Positions 60,013-64,000 of a stretch of 64,000 nt of DNA are shown piece after piece. A model generated the notes under the pieces. The model worked only from the letters and a program-made list of their open reading frames with translations, was not told where the DNA came from and did no database searches. Both the position numbers and the translations under genes were made by a program. How positions within the stretch are numbered: the first letter of the stretch is position 1; each line of letters starts with the position of its first letter. Origin of the DNA: Ignavibacteriota bacterium (lineage in GTDB: Bacteria; Bacteroidota; Ignavibacteria; UBA10030; UBA6906); contig CAWDEM010000008.1 in assembly GCA_963801355.1 (NCBI GenBank), positions 2,752,001 through 2,816,000 on the forward strand, read 5' to 3'.

Positions 60013-62231
60013 TTTCGAAATATCAGAACGAATTCGACCCCTTCCGCGCGTCGGGGCATTGTCAGCTGTCCCTGCACCTGATCCGCCAGCATGCGGACAA
60101 GGGTGAGGCCCAGACTGTCGGCCTTTTGCACTTCGACATCCTGGGGGAGGCCTACGCCGTTATCCCGTACCACCAGGCGGATCCGGCCCGGGGCAATCGA
60201 TTGCAGTTCCACGTCGATCTTCCCTTTTCGCCCGCCGGGGAATGCATACTTCAGCGCATTCGTCACCAGTTCATTGATGATGATGCCGCAGGGGATTGCG
60301 CGGTCGACGCCCAAGGACACGGCATCGACGTTGATTGCCATTTGCACGCTCTCCTGGGCGATGCCATACGACCGGAACAACTGTGCAACGAGCACGCGCA
60401 GATAGTCGCCGAAGTCAATCTCGGCAAGGTTGTGCGACTGGTAGAGTTTTTCGTGGACGAGGGCCATGGACTTGACGCGGCTCTGGCTCTCGCGCATGAT
60501 CCGGAGCATGCCCTCGTCGGTCAGATATTCGGCCTGGAGGCTCAACAAACTGGAAATGACCTGGAGGTTGTTCTTTACCCGGTGATGGATTTCCTTCAGG
60601 AGCACTTCTTTCTCCCGGAGCGACGCACGGAGGCTCTCTTCCGTCCGTTTCCGTTCGGTGATATCGCGCGCGACGCCCACCAGCGCGACCGGTTCGCCCT
60701 CATCGTTGTGCACTACGGACGTCCAGAGTTCGACCGGGAACTCACTCCCGTCGGCTCTGCGGTTGAGAACTTCGCCGTTCCATTCCCCCCGCATCGTGGC
60801 CGTGCGGATTTCTTCATCCAGTGCGGCCAGCGTGCCGGGGGCCCGCACCAGGTTGACATTCCGGCCGATCAGTTCATCTTCCGAAAAGCCATAGGTCCTG
60901 ACAAACGCATCATTCACGAAGAGAATCCGGTTGTTGACATCGGTGATGGAAATAGCATCGCGTGTGCTGGTGAGTGTGTGCGCCAGGAGGCGCAGCCGCC
61001 GATCGGCTTCCCGTGGCTCAGTGACGTCTCTGATCGTTCCCCATGTACGGATGAGCAGCCCCTGTTCGACGGTCCCGACAAAGTTGTATTGGAGGTGGCG
61101 CGTTTCACCGTGCGCGTCACGGCGCAACACTTCCAGGTCGCTCACACTGTATCCGGAAGCCACGAATTGCGTCACAATGTCCTGCACTTGCGGTGGCTCC
61201 AGCCGAAGGGCATCCGTCAGGCGTGTGTTGACGAGTTCTGCGGCACTCGCAAGTCCGTAGAAACGTGCAAGTGTGTTGTTGCATTCGGCGAGATACGTTT
61301 GCGTGAGTATCAAACGCACCTGTTCATCCTGAGGCGCGGTGACGGGTATGGGAACGTCGGTCTCAAACCGGCAGATGCCTTCGGAGCTGTTCTCGATGAA
61401 TGCGCGGTACCGTTCTTCGCTCCGGCGGAGGTGTTCTTCGCTGCGGCAGAGGGCCTCATACGTCGTTGACCCTCCGGATGCCCGGTCGGGTGCCATCAGA
61501 ACACCGCACCCTCCGCCGACCGGAAATACCGTGCAGTCGAGGAGCAGTGATCGGCCGGGCCAGGAAATACCGGTCAGCGGCCGGGGCTTGCCGGTGGAGC
61601 GCACAGCGGTGAGAGCAGCTTCGAGGTCGGCCAGGCGGACGAAGGACGAAAGCGGTTCTCCGACAACCTGGGTTTCCCTGCGGCCGGTGAACCGCGCCAC
61701 GGCCGGATTCCAGTGCACGATCCGCCCGGTCTCGTCGACTGCGAAATACATGTCCGGTGTATGTTCTGCCAGACCGCGGATGGACTGTGTGGCGATGCGG
61801 GCGCGACGGGTCGCAACATCACGCCCGGTCACGTCAATCACGGTGCAGACAAATCCCGAGAACCGCCTGCCGGTGTTCCACACGCGTGACCGCACGTCGC
61901 ACGCGCGCATGGCATTCCCGCGCGTGCGGAAGCGGCATGTCAGGTGAAACGGCTGGCGTGCCGCGGCGGCCGCGGCCACCGTCTCGCTGACCATCCGGCG
62001 ATCCTGCATATGGACGCGTCGGAGCCATCCCGTTCCGCTCACGTCCGCCGCATGCGCGCCGAGAAACTCGAGGAATGGCGTGTTGGCTTTCGACAGCCGT
62101 CCGGCCCGGTCCAATACCAGCACCGGCACCGGAATCGCTCCCGCGATTCCGGTGAATGCGGACCCGGCGGAGGCTTTGGTGCGACGCACAGGGGTGCCCG
62201 GCTGTTTTTCCGCCGCGCGGTGCTTCATCAC
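60009..62231 (-). CDS. Multi-PAS HisKA_2-type histidine kinase
   Basis: LLKEIHHRVKNNLQVISSLLSLQ, ELVTNALKYAF and SLGL. Confidence 0.93.
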   Translation of the reverse strand: MMKHRAAEKQPGTPVRRTKASAGSAFTGIAGAIPVPVLVLDRAGRLSKANTPFLEFLGAHAADVSGTGWLRRVHMQDRRMVSETVAAAAAARQPFHLTCRFRTRGNAMRACDVRSRVWNTGRRFSGFVCTVIDVTGRDVATRRARIATQSIRGLAEHTPDMYFAVDETGRIVHWNPAVARFTGRRETQVVGEPLSSFVRLADLEAALTAVRSTGKPRPLTGISWPGRSLLLDCTVFPVGGGCGVLMAPDRASGGSTTYEALCRSEEHLRRSEERYRAFIENSSEGICRFETDVPIPVTAPQDEQVRLILTQTYLAECNNTLARFYGLASAAELVNTRLTDALRLEPPQVQDIVTQFVASGYSVSDLEVLRRDAHGETRHLQYNFVGTVEQGLLIRTWGTIRDVTEPREADRRLRLLAHTLTSTRDAISITDVNNRILFVNDAFVRTYGFSEDELIGRNVNLVRAPGTLAALDEEIRTATMRGEWNGEVLNRRADGSEFPVELWTSVVHNDEGEPVALVGVARDITERKRTEESLRASLREKEVLLKEIHHRVKNNLQVISSLLSLQAEYLTDEGMLRIMRESQSRVKSMALVHEKLYQSHNLAEIDFGDYLRVLVAQLFRSYGIAQESVQMAINVDAVSLGVDRAIPCGIIINELVTNALKYAFPGGRKGKIDVELQSIAPGRIRLVVRDNGVGLPQDVEVQKADSLGLTLVRMLADQVQGQLTMPRRAEGVEFVLIFRK

Positions 62232-63640
62232 ACGCTCGTGCGATAGGTGCGCTGTTCCGGTCGAATCCCGAGTTGTTCCATACGATATCGCAGCTTCGAG
62301 CGGGTCAAACCCAGTACCTTGGCCGCCTGCACCTGATTCCCTCCCACGATATCGAGAGTCTTGAGAATAAGGTCTTTCATCACTTCACTCATCTTGATGC
62401 CATGAGGGGGAAGATCCAGCACAAATGTTTTGCTGCCGGAAGCCACTGTGGGTGAGTTCCCTGCCGCGCGGAGGAATGCGAAATGTTCGGCGGTCAACAC
62501 GGGCACATTATTGAGGAGCACAACGCGTTCCATGGCATTCCGGAGTTCGCGTACATTGCCTTTCCACATCAGATTCCCCAGATACTGCAGGGCCTCGGCA
62601 CTGACCTGCGGGACCGGCCGGTTGAAGCGGCGACAGAACTCCGCAAGAAAAGCCGTGGACAGCTCACTGATATCTTCCCTCCTGTTGCGCAACGGCGGGA
62701 TGCGGACGGAGGCGACATTCAGTCTGTAGAAGAGGTCTTCGCGGAAGCGTCCTTCTTCCACTTCGCGGCTGAGTTCCTTGTTTGACGCGGCAATGACGCG
62801 GACGTCGACACTGATCTCCTTGGTGCCTCCGAGGCGGTAGAACCGTTTCTCCTCCAGAACACGCAGCAGTTTTACCTGCATGTCCAGGGAGAGTTCACGG
62901 ATTTCATCGAGAAGGATGGTTCCGCCGTCTGCGAGCTCGAACTTCCCCTGCTTCATCTTTTCGGTGGCGCCGGTGAAAGCTCCCTTCTCGTAGCCAAAGA
63001 ACTCGCTTTCCGCCAGTTCCTTCGGGATCGCCCCGCAATTCAGCGTCACAAACGGCTTATCCCGGCGCGAGCTCTTCTGATGGATAAACCTGGCCATCAA
63101 CTCTTTTCCCGTGCCGCTTTCGCCCTCGAGAAGCACCGTCGTGTTCTCCCCCATCGCGAGCTTCTCCGCCGTCTCCAACGCCCGGCGAAGCGCGGGACTC
63201 TTCCCGATGATCCCTGACCGCGAGCGCTCCTCCTCCAGCTCTTCCTGCAGGAGTTTGACCTGGTTCTGCAAGCGCGCATGATCCAGATTCTTTTCGATGA
63301 GGACGCCGAGGTGGCTCAGATCAAACGGCTTCACCACGAAATCCGCCGCCCCTTCCTTCATGGCCCGCACAGCCAGGGAGACATCCGAGTGTGCCGTCAT
63401 GATGATCACGGGGGAATCCCATCCATCGGCGCGCATCTTGTTCAACAATTGAATGCCGTTGACGTCCCCCATGTAGATGTCCAGCAGCACGAGGTCGGGT
63501 TTTTGCTCCTCGAGATGTTGGAAGAACTCCTCCCCGCGGCTGCACAGAGCCACCGCATAGCCGAGCTCGCTCAAAATCTTCTTGAGGGTGTTGCCCAGAA
63601 TGGTCTCGTCATCGGCCACGAGTATCCGTGCTTTGGACAT
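62228..63640 (-). CDS. Sigma-54 enhancer-binding response regulator (NtrC family)
   Basis: REC, GESGTGKE, intact GAFTGA, FREDLFYRL and Fis-type HTH. Confidence 0.96.
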   Translation of the reverse strand: MSKARILVADDETILGNTLKKILSELGYAVALCSRGEEFFQHLEEQKPDLVLLDIYMGDVNGIQLLNKMRADGWDSPVIIMTAHSDVSLAVRAMKEGAADFVVKPFDLSHLGVLIEKNLDHARLQNQVKLLQEELEEERSRSGIIGKSPALRRALETAEKLAMGENTTVLLEGESGTGKELMARFIHQKSSRRDKPFVTLNCGAIPKELAESEFFGYEKGAFTGATEKMKQGKFELADGGTILLDEIRELSLDMQVKLLRVLEEKRFYRLGGTKEISVDVRVIAASNKELSREVEEGRFREDLFYRLNVASVRIPPLRNRREDISELSTAFLAEFCRRFNRPVPQVSAEALQYLGNLMWKGNVRELRNAMERVVLLNNVPVLTAEHFAFLRAAGNSPTVASGSKTFVLDLPPHGIKMSEVMKDLILKTLDIVGGNQVQAAKVLGLTRSKLRYRMEQLGIRPEQRTYRTSV

Positions 63641-63654
63641 GGTGCAACCTCACG

Positions 63655-64000
63655 TTAGCTGTGGATAGGAAACAGTATTTTCACAAGCGTACCACCCTCT
63701 GCGGGCGTATCAAAACGGATCTCTCCCTGGTGCTTCTCCATAATCTGCCGCGAAATGCTGAGACCGAGCCCCGTCCCGCCTTTCTTGGTCGTATAGAACT
63801 GTTCGAAGAGATGCTTCCGTTGCTCGGCGGATATCCCCCTGCCGTAATCGCGGACCTTCACAACGATCGCTTCGGTGTCCAGACCGTCAGCGGACACCCA
63901 CGGCTCAATACCCGTGGACACATGCACATGCCCCCCTTCCATTGACGCATCAATGGCATTCTGAAGGACGTTGAGCATCACTTGCTGTATCTGTTTTGCG
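63655..64000 (-). CDS. Histidine kinase, C-terminal HATPase (5' end outside the window)
   Basis: NVLQNAIDA, DYGRG and FYTTKKGGTGLGL. Confidence 0.9.
   Translation of the reverse strand, partial: AKQIQQVMLNVLQNAIDASMEGGHVHVSTGIEPWVSADGLDTEAIVVKVRDYGRGISAEQRKHLFEQFYTTKKGGTGLGLSISRQIMEKHQGEIRFDTPAEGGTLVKILFPIHS

Overview
GC-rich bacterial chromosomal segment. The lineage is an inference only: gene content and Gln at +1 of several signal peptides suggest Ignavibacteria-like or related Bacteroidota. There are three blocks. (1) 147-10092: an arginine biosynthesis cluster (argC-J-B-R-G-H on the minus strand, divergent argD, tandem ARG boxes between them) followed by nfnAB transhydrogenase. (2) 10064-45816, all minus strand: a roughly 36-kb flagellar cluster covering basal body, export apparatus, hook, junction, stator, fliA, flhFG and fliW/csrA, but with no fliC/fliD/fliS/flgM and no che/MCP genes in the window. 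(3) 45984-64000, all minus strand: a large signalling island with hybrid PAS/GAF kinases carrying HPt, a HisKA_2 kinase, an HDOD protein, receivers with a Cys/His tail, and a sigma-54 enhancer-binding protein. Most notable observations: (a) four sigma-54-type promoters that all lack the canonical -12 C, each paired with the same 18-bp palindromic upstream site; (b) a FlgL carrying an inserted hook (FlgE D2-like) domain; (c) two HDOD plus atypical-GAF kinase gene pairs; (d) two structured intergenic RNAs, before flgB and before flgE; (e) an AMIN-TM-SwrB-like protein and a FlgJ-SLT fusion. All domain calls are by motif recognition, with no database searches run.
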